Assembly (NCBI GenBank): GCA_977017645.1
Contig: OZ360225.1
Coordinates: forward strand, 62,372,001 to 62,436,000
Reading direction: 5' to 3'
Length of the DNA: 64,000 nt
Origin: Torpedo marmorata
Taxonomy: Eukaryota
Shown here piece after piece: positions 52,336 to 64,000 of the stretch; the stretch's first letter is position 1, and every line of letters starts with the position of its first letter. Position numbers and translations under genes: made by a program. The notes beneath the pieces were generated by a model. That model had not been told where the DNA came from, did no database searches, and saw nothing but the letters and a program-made list of their open reading frames with translations.

Positions 52336-52550
52336 TAATCTGCGAGATAGAATAGTTTGGAAATGAATAAATTAGGTCGCACAATAAATGAAGAAGACCT
52401 TTATATGAAGGAGTAACATAATGCGCTAAAGAGTAGACCCTGGGGAGCTACATCCTAGCTCATGTTGTCAGCTACAGCAAAGATAGTATAACTTGAGAAA
52501 AAACTGGATAGGCATGAACACAAGTTTAGTGGCTTGTCATACATTGCATT

Positions 52551-53060
52551 GAAACACAGAAATGCTGGAGGAACTCAGCAGGTCTCATAGCATCCACAGG
52601 AGGTAAAGATATATTACCGAAGTTTCGGGCCTGAGCCCTTCCTTTTTTTTTGGAATATTTTATTTGTATTTTTTAAAGCCAAACATATTATCAATAACAA
52701 AAATAATACATCATCAAATATAATATTCGTCTGTTGACTATTATACTAAAAATAAATTACAAACAAAGGAAAACCCACCCTCCCAATTCCCCCCTAAAAG
52801 AAAAAAAAGAGGAATAGAATAAGAAAAGGTTGAAATAGAAAAGGAAAGAAGACGTTGGAGGCTCGTTGTCCACCCCGCAGGTTTAAATTACTTGGCATAC
52901 TCGGATTTCTGAAGAGGAAATGGACATAGGTCCCTTCCTTGAGACCCAAAACATCGGTAATATATCTTTACCTCCTATGGACACTGTGAGACCTGCTGAG
53001 TTCCTCGAGCATTTCTGTTTTTTTACTACATCACAGCATCTGCAGACTTTCATGTTTTAC
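52551..53060. mobile_element. Inverted pair of Penelope-like termini interrupted by a poly(A) insertion
   Basis: 52553-52630 mirrors 52945-53020 (aggaggtaaagatatattaccga versus tcggtaatatatctttacctcct). Confidence 0.8.
52643..52931 (-). mobile_element. Poly(A)-tailed retroposed fragment (L1/Tx1-like 3' end) with TSD
   Basis: A T9 tract with a nearby minus-strand AATAAA, and CCCTTCCTT duplicated at 52636-52644 and 52932-52940. Confidence 0.65.
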
Positions 53061-53266
53061 TACATACATTGCATTGAACCAAGACCCTGCAAAAAGTTTT
53101 GGAGCTGGAATGACAGAGTGTTCAAGGAAATTTTAATAATTGTAATAATGGCACTGAAAATTGCTGATCATGCATTTGATGGAATTTCAGTTTTTTACTG
53201 AAGGTTAATTGTCCTTTTCATCTTCTTCTTCGGCAGTCCCTTAAGAAAAGTGATGACTTGTTTATA

Positions 53267-53974
53267 CAGTAAAACCCATGGTATCTGGAATTCAAGTAAC
53301 CAGCAGCCTCAAGCAACCAGCAAAAAATCGTGCAAAATAATTTTTTTAATTAAGTAAGAATAAAATAATAGGTAAAAATACATAAGTTTAAAATTGTAAA
53401 AGTAAATAATCTCTGAAGTAACACATAAACCTTTGGTGAAGATGGGAGCAAATATTCAGACAGCGGAGTGCCTTGGTCGTGCTTTGCTCGTAGCAGCTGC
53501 CTGTTGGAATAAAGTTGTGTGAAACATCAATGGCGCTGCCCAGGATGAAGAGCTGGTTGATGCCACTTGCCATTGCGGTGACTCTCTTAAAAGTGTCTCC
53601 TTATCCCTGCTTAGTAAGAGTTGCCCTGGTCAGAGGCTTTATCTGTAAACTTGGGGGAGGGAGGGCTTAATTATCTATAATGATATTGTTCGTCTTTTGG
53701 GCGTCTCTATGGAGGGGGAGGAACGTGTAGTGATGTTTAAATGTTTTCAAGGAATGTGACTGAAAATAAAGTAAAATGCTTTAAGGTTTATATATTCATG
53801 CAAGTGAAGTTTGTTCAGTGTAAGTACAGTATAGTAATTTTGTCTTTTAAACTGTTTATTCTTAATACAGGTGTATTAGTGAGGCATTGTAAGAGCAACT
53901 CTCAAGCACCCAGAAAATACACTTATCTGGCATCTACCAATCCCCATAGGTGCCGGATACCAGGGGTTTTAGTG
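53267..53974. mobile_element. Tc1/mariner (Tigger/pogo-like) non-autonomous element, 708 bp
   Basis: TIRs CAGTAAAACCCATGGTATCTGG and (reverse complement) CACTAAAACCCCTGGTATCCGG, with TA on both sides. Confidence 0.82.
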
Positions 53975-56459
53975 TACTTGGGTTCCGTGGGCTGCGAGGT
54001 GACTGATGCAGCTAACATGGGAACTGCAGACTCCTCCACAGATGTAGCATCAGGTATCTGAGGGGGTGGTTGTATGGAGTAGTTGGAGAGCTGGTCTGCT
54101 CTTTCCACCACTTACGTTGAGTTTCTGTGCTCCCCATGCATATACTCAACACCATCCAAACACCCCTTCTCCATTTTGAATCCAGGTATTCCCAAAAATT
54201 AGTGGGTGCATTTCCACAGTGGTTTTGAGTACAACTTTTCCCCTGTCCACAAGGTAATCTTTTCCTTTGACAGAACTCAGAATGGAGTGTTCTTTAATGT
54301 ACTGCGGGGCAACAGAGTAATGGCTCAAACTGGGAATGTACCTTCATCGGATAAAGTGAATGTGCTAAAAGCAAAGATGAATGAAAGTCCAAAAACTTGA
54401 ATCAAGGTAAGGTTGGATTAGGTGGAGTTAACATCTTGATTAGATTTTATTGCTGTCCAAGACACAGAAAAGTAACAATTTAGGAGTGGTTACAATTGTC
54501 CCATCATATGGCAAAATGTACTGTGAATAATCCAGAGAAGAATTTGAGGAGGAAAGATGTAGCTTCTCCTTCAGAAGAGGTGGTAATTGTATCCCAAGGA
54601 CAAAAAATGGGATGGAGAGGAAGAGAGCTAAAGTCAAGAAATGATAAGCAGCCACTGCCAATGGGCATGGAGAGATAGAGTTCGAATTAATAAATTAAGC
54701 GGTAGGATGGCAAGGTGCAACAACAGACTTGGCAGAAGGGGATCAATAATATGTCAAGTCTTCCAGGTTAGCTTCAATAATTTCAATTGGTTCACAGGTC
54801 CTGATAGCAATAACAAGATCTCACTGGACCAGGTAAAGTAGTGAAGAACTCCCAAGGACTATTGCCACTAGGTTGAATTATGCAGTCAAGCATGCAGAGT
54901 AATTTGTACTGTCATAAGTTCTTGGGTTCCCTGAAATAAAATAATCTAATAAGACAGAAATATTTCAAGCAGCAGAGCTAACTAAAATTAAAATTGGATT
55001 GTACAATGCCCTTTGTGAGCTCTGCAGATAAAAGAACTGAACTGTAGCAATTGTTCAGATGGAGAGAAAATCAGTGACCTGTTTGAACACAGCAAACTCC
55101 ACAAGGTCCACTGAGAAACATTCCAGATAACCTGTTATAAGTAAGAAAGGTTGAGGGATAAATACTGACCAGGACATTGAGAAAACTCACCCTCCTTTCA
55201 GGATAATGGCGCTGGGATATCACATGACCACATATCCAACTCTAAACACAGCACTTCAAACAATGCAGCACCACTGTACTGAAGAATCACATATCCATGT
55301 GTCTCGATGAAAAGAAAGGTTGTTGGAGGTTTTATAAACCAGTCCAATAGACTGATCAGTTGTACAAGGGTATTTCAGAGAGGAATACTCTGCAGAAGCA
55401 GAACCATAACTGCAAATGAACATTATATCTGACATTGTCTTTAGGAGAAATTATATTTGATACATCAAGATTAAACAAGCTTGACAAAAATTTGAAAGAT
55501 TCTCTGGCACCCAGCACTCTTGGGACAATATCCTCCTCCAAATTAAATCATCACTCATTGCTCTTACCAAGTTGAAAGCTCCAGAATTCTCTCACTAAAC
55601 TTTCTTTCTCTCTCTCCTCCTATGAAACACTTGTTGAAATTTCAGTAAGCTGATGATCATTTGCTCCAATAATGATAATGAGTTTATCATCATAGACAAT
55701 GTACATATGCATCATAATTTTTATTTGCTGCAGCCAAACAGATGTCTTAGATGTCCTCAATGGATGGGAGATTGGAACTTGTGATGAACCTGGCTTTGTT
55801 TGCTGCCTTTTATCAGACTTCTGCCTTCCTGAGTACTTGAATTACCAAAACAGGCCGTTACACATAACAGCGACACCATTTCTGCAAAGCACTTTGGATG
55901 TTTTTGCCATGTTAAAGGTGCTATATAAAAGGAAATTATAGTTGTTATTGTAGGGCACTACCAAGGGATTGGGTCAGGGGTAAATAGCAAATTAGTTTCA
56001 TCAGGCGAAAGACTGAGCTTCTAACAGAAAAATTGAAATGCAATGTTTTATCACAGCAAATCAAACAGCAGGGTATCAGGATGAACAATGGCACAGATCA
56101 AGATCAGATTCTATCAGTCTTGCTTCAGAAGGTTTAGGCTTTAAGTCTCACCATGGGATTTGATCATTATTTATTGAGGGCAGTGCTGCATTATAAGGGA
56201 ATACTTATAAGTTTATGCACCTATTTACACCTCCTTCTGACACCTCCTCTCTCAGACAGCACCATCTGTATCATTCAGTTTCTCGTTGAATCTAGCCCAT
56301 CACATCCATGTAGAGATTTTTGTCCATTCACACTACCACTCTCTGCAACATTAGGATGGTACCCGTCTATGTCCTGCCTATTTACGTGTCTGTCTAAACT
56401 CCTATTAAATATAACGAGTTTCTTTCTCTACCACCTCTTCTAGCAGTGTTTTCCAGATA

Positions 56460-57070
56460 CCAGGCACTCCCCATGGCAGTGGAGCAGGCCAGGGATGGAC
56501 AGGTTGCTGTGGGAATGGAAAAAAGGAGTTGAAAAGTCATGCAACCAGGTGTTGAAGATGGCCATAAGATTTCAGATTCATTGTCAGAGTACATATATGA
56601 CATCACATACAACCCTGAGATTCCTTTTTCTTGAGGGCGCAGCAGAATTACCACTAATTGGTAATGCAAAAAATAAACTCTACACAGCGTAAACATGTAA
56701 ACAAATAAAAGAACTGTAAACAGATAACAAATGTAAACAAACTGACTGTGCAATACAGAGAGAACAAAAAAAAGCAATAAAGTGCATAAGTAAGAGTCCT
56801 TAAATGAGTCTCTGATTGAGTTTGTTGTTGAGGAGTCTGATGGTGGAGGGGTAGCAGCTGTTCCTGAACCTGGTGGTGCGAGTCTTGTGGCATATTTCAA
56901 TAACATTTGTTAAGATCTCGGAGGATCTTGGAGGTCCTCTGCGAATCAGTTGCCCAGCCTAGCTGATGTAGAGGAAAGCTCACCGGGAGCACCGAGTACA
57001 GTAGATGAGCTTGGAGGAGGTGTGTGTGAATCTCTACCTTACATAGGTTCCTGGATGGTGTGGTGGTGAG
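56460..57070 (-). mobile_element. Decayed Penelope GIY-YIG fragment split by a Rex insertion
   Basis: Minus strand translates to RFTHTSSKLIYCTRCS near 57030-56985 and FNSFFHSHSNLSIPGLLHCHGE near 56535-56465. Confidence 0.65.
56568..56892 (-). mobile_element. Rex1-type LINE 3' end
   Basis: Reverse complement of 32481-32807, including the tctga..tctgaaatc tail. Confidence 0.9.
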
Positions 57071-57856
57071 GAAGGAGGGGTAAGGGCAAGAGTATGCTTA
57101 TGTCTATGTTTGGACACAGACACACACACCCACCCCTAAAAGGCATTTGTTTTGGAAACCTAATGTGCTGTTCACTAAGGTGAAGACAGACAAAGATCTG
57201 GTGCCATAGTTTCAAGACCACTTTTGCTAGTCAGTCAGTATCCTTAGTATTGAATCTGGACTCCTTGATCCACAAATGGCTTTGACTGTTGAACAAGCAG
57301 AAATGATCCCTTGGCTTTGCCCTAACATTCCAAACCAATGGGGGACACTGATACTTTCATTAAACAAGAAAAAGAAAGTGTTGAAAATTTGCAATGGACG
57401 GACAGTTTGTGTATTTAAAACTCAGTCATGAACTCCAACTGAAGTACTGTTTTTGTGAAATTTATGTGGAAGAGGGAAAAACTGAGTTTTGACAACTTTG
57501 GTCTGAATGATTAACCTGCAATGTTCCTTTAAACCTCTGACTGGAAGACACAATGAACCTGTGTTTTGTGGAAATTAATTTTCTTAATTGAGTCTCAGAT
57601 GAAACAGAGGTTGAGGTGAAACTACCTCTAACTCACTCTGTTGGGTCCCGAGCAGACACATCAGCAGTTGCTGAAGAGAAATTTGGAACCAGCCTGCTTG
57701 AATGCAACACGAATAATGGGCCACTGAGCATGTGCAACTTAAACCCTTGAAGTCACATAGAACAGCAACCACTCTCAACATGAATAGTGACAGTAGCATG
57801 GGAGGCTATCGGATAAGACCAGAGATTGGGAGGCGTTTGGTATTGTTAGAAGGAAG

Positions 57857-58100
57857 TTTTTTTTTATATAGACATACATCACGGTAACAGGCCCTTTCGT
57901 CCCACGAGCCCGTGTCGCCCAATTACACCCAATTGACCTACAACCCCCAGTACACTTTTGAACGGTGGGAGGAAATCGTAGGAAACACACACAGACACGG
58001 GGAGAACGTACAAACTCCTCACAGTGTGGGATTCGAACCCCGGTCCCAATCGCTGGTGTTGTAATAGCTTTGCGCTAACTGCTACGCTAACCATGCTGCT
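57857..58100 (-). mobile_element. tRNA-derived V-SINE-like element, full length
   Basis: Minus strand has gttagcgtagcagttagcg, B box ggttcgaatcc, ggagtttgtacgttctcccc core and an A tail. Related to 44498-44745. Confidence 0.85.
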
Positions 58101-58221
58101 CGGTTCTAAACAAGATTTTGAATGTGGGCAGATGTAGCAAAATGAAAAGATTTTGGGAATTTTAAATTCCACCGTGTGTAAACTGTGTTCAAAGAGTAAA
58201 GCCATAAAGTTCAAACAAGAT

Positions 58222-59810
58222 ACAGAATCAGAATTTATTGTCATGAATTTATTGTCACAGTATATGTCATGAAATTTGTTGTTTTATGGCAGCATCACAG
58301 TTCAAACATTTATATAAACCACCTTACAAAATAAATAAAAATTAGTGCAAGAAAAATTCAAAGTAAGGCAATGTCTGTGGTTCATTGGTCATTCAGGAAT
58401 CTGATGGCAGAGGGAAAGAAGCTGTCCTTGTGCCACTGAGTGCTCGTCTTCAGGCTCCTGTACCTTTTTCCCGATTATAGCAGAGTGAAGTGGGCATGGC
58501 CTGGGTGGTGGGGGTCCTTGAGGATAGAGGCTGCTTTCTTAAGACACCGCGTCTTGTCCTTGATGGAGTGAAGTCTGGTGCCCGTGATGTCGCAGGCCGA
58601 GTTAACAACCCTCTGGAGTTTTTCCTGTCCTGAGCTTTGGCAACTCCGTACCAAACAGTGAGGCAACTGGCCAGAATGCTTCCCACGGTACACCTGTAGA
58701 GGTCTTCGGTGACATAGCGAATCTCCTCAAACTCCTCACAAAGTATAGATGCTGGCGAGCCTTCTTCATGATTGCATTGACATGGAGGCTCCAGGATAGA
58801 TCCTCGGAGATGTTAACACCCAGGAATTTGAAGTTCTTGACCCGCTCCACTGCTGAGCCCTTGATGAGGACTTGTTCGTGTTCTCCTGACTTCCTCCTGA
58901 AGTCCACAATCATCTTCTTGGTTTTGCTAACGTTGAGCGCAAGGTTGTTGGTGTGACACCACTCAACGAGCTAATTTATCTCCCTCCTGTACGCTTCTTC
59001 ATTTGCCTTTTGTGATTCTGCCGACAATTGTTGTGTCATTGGCAAATTTGTAGATACCTTTGGAATTGAGCCTAGCCACACAGTCATTGGTGAATAGTGG
59101 GCTAAGCACGCATCCTTGAGCTCCGCCTGCGTTGATCGTCAGTGAGGAGGAGATATTGTTTACAATTCGTACTGACTGTGGTCTTCCAAAGAGGAAGTCA
59201 AGGATCCAGTTGTAGAGGGGGGTGAAGAGGCCCAGGGTTTGGAGCTTGTTGACCAGCAATGAGGGAATAATGGTGTTGAAAGCTGAGCTGTAGTCGATGA
59301 AGAGCAGGCATATGTATGAGTTGCTGTTTTCTAGGTGATCGAGAGCTGAGTGGAGAGCCAGTGATAATGCATCTGTTGTGGAGTGTTTGTGACAATAGGC
59401 GAATTGCAGTGGGTCCAGTCCTTTGCTTAGGTACGTGTTAATTCTGGCCATGACCAACCTCTCAAAGCATTTCATCACAGTAAATGTTAGTGCTTCTGGG
59501 CGGTAGTCGTTGAGGCAGCTCACACTACTCTTCTTGGGCACCGGGATGATTGATGCCCTTTTGAAGCAGTTGGGAACCTCCGACTGCAGCAGTGAGAGAT
59601 TAAAAATGTCCGTGAACACTCCGGCTAGTTGGTTGGCACAGATTTTCAGTACCTTGCCAGGTATGCCGTCAGGGCCTGACGCCTTGTGAGGGTTCACCCT
59701 CTTGAATGATGTTCTGACGTCAGCCTCAGAGACAGATATCACAGGGTCCTCAGCCTTTGCAAGGATCCTCGTTGGCACTGTTGGGTTTCCCTTCTCAAAG
59801 TAGGCATAGA
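58222..59810 (-). mobile_element. Rex1/Babar LINE of a second subfamily, 5'-truncated and frameshifted, (TCTGAT)n tail
   Basis: ORFs 58999..59934, 58602..58913 and 58475..58693 give KASGPDGIP, LNDYRP, LFIDYSSAFNTI, QGCVLSP, FAND and KFLGVNISEDLSW. Confidence 0.92.
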
Positions 59811-62296
59811 TGGGAATGGACAGGGATGGGTTTTGAAAATTAGGGCAAAGACCCTGATGACAAAGAATTGAGCAATTAAGAGCCATTGAAAGTCCAGGCC
59901 AAATCAAATGATAATGGAGTCCTGCTGATGGCATAATGTGGGATTGAAACAGTTCAGGGTCAGGAAGGGTTCAATGTTCTTCACCAAGATGGTGCTTGGA
60001 CTTGGGGACAAGGACAGTGAACGAAACTATTAAAGCTTTAACCTTGATTCGTGAAGAGGCAATTGTCTTTTTCACAACTGATCTTGGAGCGAAGATTGAC
60101 AACCGAGCCTTAGCTGATGAACCAAGTAGAGCCACGACTGTGTGCTGTGGCGGTCGAAGTGAATTCTGGAGGGGTATTTGAAGGGGGCTTGTTGAGAAAA
60201 GGGAAAATACTTAAACATATTAACATTTGGGAAAATACTGAAAGAGATTGTTGTATAAATGAAAGAAAATGGAATTCAACTGAGATAGGTTCTGCCAAAC
60301 CAAAAACATCTAAAAATGCACAAAACCTGCAGGACATTACTATTTTAGGATTGTTATTTCAAATATTGACATTAATGAAACTACTTTCCAAGCAGAAACA
60401 AACATAAAAACCATAGCTGTGCGATTCAGATCCACCTTTCTGGAGATTTCAAAGTGGCAACTGTGCCCATGGTCATAATACAGCCATTTTATCTAAACAT
60501 TCAAGAGGATTGAGAATTACTCTGATCCACATGCTGAGGCAGTTGAGTGAAAATAAACCCCGTCTGTCACCTTATTGTGGGGGCAGGGGTGGGGTGACAC
60601 AGCATCAACGGAAGCAAAGCTCGTGAAATTGAAGTGCAACGAAATTGGAGGCTTGAGTAGAGTCTGCCAAGTGAGACTGACGACAGAACCCATACAGTTA
60701 TTCAAAGGGGGCTCTAACCATTCTCTACTGCGGCGTAAATTAAGGAACGTGCTTAATTAGAATAACGACAGGCCACGTTTTAAAGATCAAGAAAAAGCAG
60801 GAGGGGAAGAGAGAATTGAAATGAAAAGTGGGTATCACTTATCACCAATAGATAAATACAATTTATATGCTGTAAAATGACTTTAGTATTCAAGAGACCC
60901 AATTTCAAGTATCCATTACAATGCTGCTGATGCATGAACGGCTTGGCATACACTGTTTCTGGCAGTCTCAGTCTGAGTGAAATCGGCTAATGGCATGTTA
61001 GCAACTCTTTCTGTAAAACATCTTTTTTTTAAAAAAAAGTCTCCATCCACGGATCAAAATAATTATTATTACTGATGGAGAGAAAAACCTTCAGGACAAA
61101 TAGATTGTTTTTTTTTCATCTGTTACTGCTACACCGCTGCCTCAAGTCATAGGAGCTAAATAGCAAGAATCCACAGATCACTGGTTTGGGTAATATTGAA
61201 CTACATTACAAGCGCAAAAGAAAATACAGACAAAATCTGAATTAACTATTCAGCTTGTCACAGACCTAAATTCCCAATTCTATCTCTATTTACTTTTAGG
61301 TAGCAGCTCAATTTTTGCCCTTCATTTGCAGTTGTTCGGCGTTTAACTACATCGTGTTAATTTTACAGATTTTCTGTTCAGCCTGCTCTATGATCCAGCA
61401 AAATGTTTTAAACAAAAATCTCACAGTGCTGATTTGATAACAACAGTGCACTGGAGTGATTCAAATCAAGCCCATGTAAACAGCCTGCTTCAAATCCCTT
61501 GCTGGCTTCCACTCCCTTGTACAACACAAGAGTAAGCATTGACATGAATGTGATACAGTATGCAGCGGCTCCTGCCATGGTACCATGTAAGTGGAGTACC
61601 ATGACTGAATTTAGCTCCAGTCAATAGATCCATACAAAACTCAATAAGCAATCTCGGAGCACAATATGATTTCAAATAATATATTGCCTGCTTTTTTGGT
61701 ACAATGTTGTAACTTGATGCAAGTACACAAGATTAAAGGTTCTATATCCTGATCTACTCCAGACTTCTTGCAATGAAGTGATATCTCCATACATCTCAAA
61801 AATACTCCTTTAAACCTACACGGTCATCTTCCTTAACAAGGGATTTGCTGTCAATTGTTTTTGTTTGCTAATATTCCAAGAAATCTCATTGAATCTTTCT
61901 GTATGACAGAAATGCTATTAAAATGGAAATTGTTGTTGTTAACATCTACTAATTAAGGAGTGACTGCTACATACAGTTGGAAGAAGAATTTGTGATTATT
62001 TCTATCATGCAGTTGTGCCTCGCCTTTTACACCTACGATAGATAGTTTTAACATGACTTCAGTTTCTGATATGTTATACATGGTTGGTATAAGATGCATT
62101 TTTATCCTGTTTGTTTAGTTTGTTTCTCCAAAAAAAGATATTCCACAATGAAAGAGTGAAGTCTTTCTAAAATGCAACAAATCCAAAATATGTAGTTTGA
62201 CCTGCATTTCAAATAGTCCACTGTCAATCAGTGGTAGGAACATTTATGTAAATCATTATATCGCAACCTTGAATCCTACAGCAAAATGCGCAACGA

Positions 62297-63127
62297 TCAG
62301 AATCAGAATTTATTGTCATGAACAAGTCATGAAATTCGGTGTTTTGCAGCAGCATCATAGTGCAAACATTCATATTATAACCATCTTACAACATTACTAT
62401 ATAAAAAAAAATAATAGTGCACGAAAAGTAAGGCAGTGTCTTTGATTCATTGATTATTCAGGAATCTGATGGCAGCGGGGAAGAAGCTGTCCTTGTGCCG
62501 TTGAGTGCTCGTCTTTAGGCTCCTGTACCTTTTTTTGATGGTAGAAGAGTGAAGAGGGCATGGCCTGGGTGGTGGGGGTCTTTGAGGCTGGGGCTGCTTT
62601 TTTAAGACACCGCCTCACGTAGATGTCCTCGATGGAGTGAAGTCTAGTGCCTGTGATGTCGCAGGCTGAGTTAACAACCCTCTGGAGTTTATTCTTGTCC
62701 TGAGAGTTGGCGCCTCCATACCAGGCAGTGATGTAACCAGCCAGAATGCTCTCCATGGTACACCTGTAGAGTCTTCGATGACATATCGAATCTCAGAATC
62801 AGAATCAGAATTTATTGTCATGAACAAGTCATGAAATTCGGTGTTTTGCGGCAGCATACTCACAAAGTATAGCCGCTGGCAAGCCTTCTTTGTGATTGCA
62901 TCAACATGGAGGCTCCAGGACAGATCTTCGGAGATGTTGACACCCAGGAATTTGAAGTGCTTGACCCTCTCCACTACTGAGCCCTCGATGAGGACTGGGT
63001 CGTGTTCCCCTGACTTCCTCCTGAAGTCCACAATCATCTCCTTGGTTTTGCTAACGTTGAGTGCAAGGTTGTTGTCATTACACCATTCAACGAGCTGATC
63101 TATCTCCCTCCTGTACGCTTCCTCATG
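62297..63127 (-). mobile_element. Rex1/Babar LINE 3' part (same subfamily as 58222-59810) with a nested ~64-nt copy of the family 3' end at 62795-62858
   Basis: EEAYRREIDQLVEWC...KFLGVNISEDLSW, and a minus-strand tail caataaattctgattctgat. Confidence 0.9.
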
Positions 63128-64000
63128 GCAGAGTGAGTTAGAAAGCTGTAACTGCAAAGAATTTTTCTGATATTCTTTAAGCATATTAATGATTTTCTTG
63201 AATCTTCCAAATAATTAAAGTAACAAGCAAATGATTCAAATCACTACAGAATCTGTTCTCAAATAATGAGCACAGATTCTGTACTGTACAAGAATATTGA
63301 GGGTTTAGTAGGTCCATTGACTGACTTAATTTGCAAGCTCTTCAAATCAATCTGTGCATCTTGACTTTTCTGGCATATTAGAGACAGTTATCCATCAATG
63401 GTTATTGAAACCCATGACAATATTACAATGGTCCTTTTGAAATACTTAATCTTTGCATTGGCAATCCCAATTCAGAACTTCCACCTATACTTTACAACCA
63501 ACCGATTACTTTGGATATTCTTCCCAATATAGATAAATAAATTTAACAGTATATTATAAAAATGTTATGTATCAAAATGAACAATTTATCATTCCTGAAA
63601 CAACTTTTCATTTAAAATATCTTGTGGAGAGTGGGCCTGGTTTGGTCAAATGCTTATTTACAGAACAATTTAATAAATTATAACTATTTCATTCTACTGT
63701 TATGGCACATCACAGAAACCTAATCGGCAAATGGTTTTGCAAGTATACAGCAGTAATAAACAAAACTTAACAAAAACAATTGCTGCAAGTTAGATTTTTA
63801 AAAATCCCTCTCTGATTATGCATAAAACTGAGAAAAGTAGAATCACAGAGGGCATTAGGAGGTGTAATTCAATCTTTGCATTCTGAAACATTCATTAAAG
63901 ACTCGAGCCTCTCTTATGTGATTTATGCCGACATAACCCCCAAGTTAAATAAAATCCATTAGCTTCCTGCCTAGCATTTATTATTCCCCATTCTAAAAAT

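Larger units (their letters stand above)
27524..64000 (-). other. SALL3: Probable SALL3 intron 1 (incomplete; exon 1 not seen)
   Basis: Upstream of a phase-1 acceptor. I recognised no MSRRKQ-coding exon and no CpG-island promoter in this interval. Confidence 0.65.

Overview
Eukaryotic, AT-rich vertebrate genomic DNA. The repeat content (Neptune-type Penelope-like elements, CR1/HER1-type LINEs, V-SINEs, Rex1/Babar LINEs) points to a cartilaginous fish, probably a batoid (inference). The only host gene is the spalt-like zinc-finger transcription factor SALL3 on the minus strand: large coding exon 2 (27523..24042), a 9.5-kb intron, terminal coding exon (14554..14123) and a long 3' UTR. Exon 1 (MSRRKQ...) was not found, so intron 1 seems to run past the window end. 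The downstream ~1-6.5 kb is CpG-enriched, almost free of repeats and looks like a cis-regulatory block. Intron 1 is densely filled with nested mobile elements. Most notable: an in-frame 216-nt exitron that removes exactly zinc-finger cluster 3; many Penelope-derived termini carrying minimal hammerhead-ribozyme-like cores, often as inverted pairs; a near-perfect 175-bp palindrome; a doubly palindromic hAT MITE; a Chapaev3 deletion derivative with intact ends; and Rex1-family insertions with tail microhomology and small target deletions. I found no convincing evidence of a wholly new gene system. Repeat family names come from recognising motifs by eye, not from a database search, and the boundaries of old repeats are approximate.
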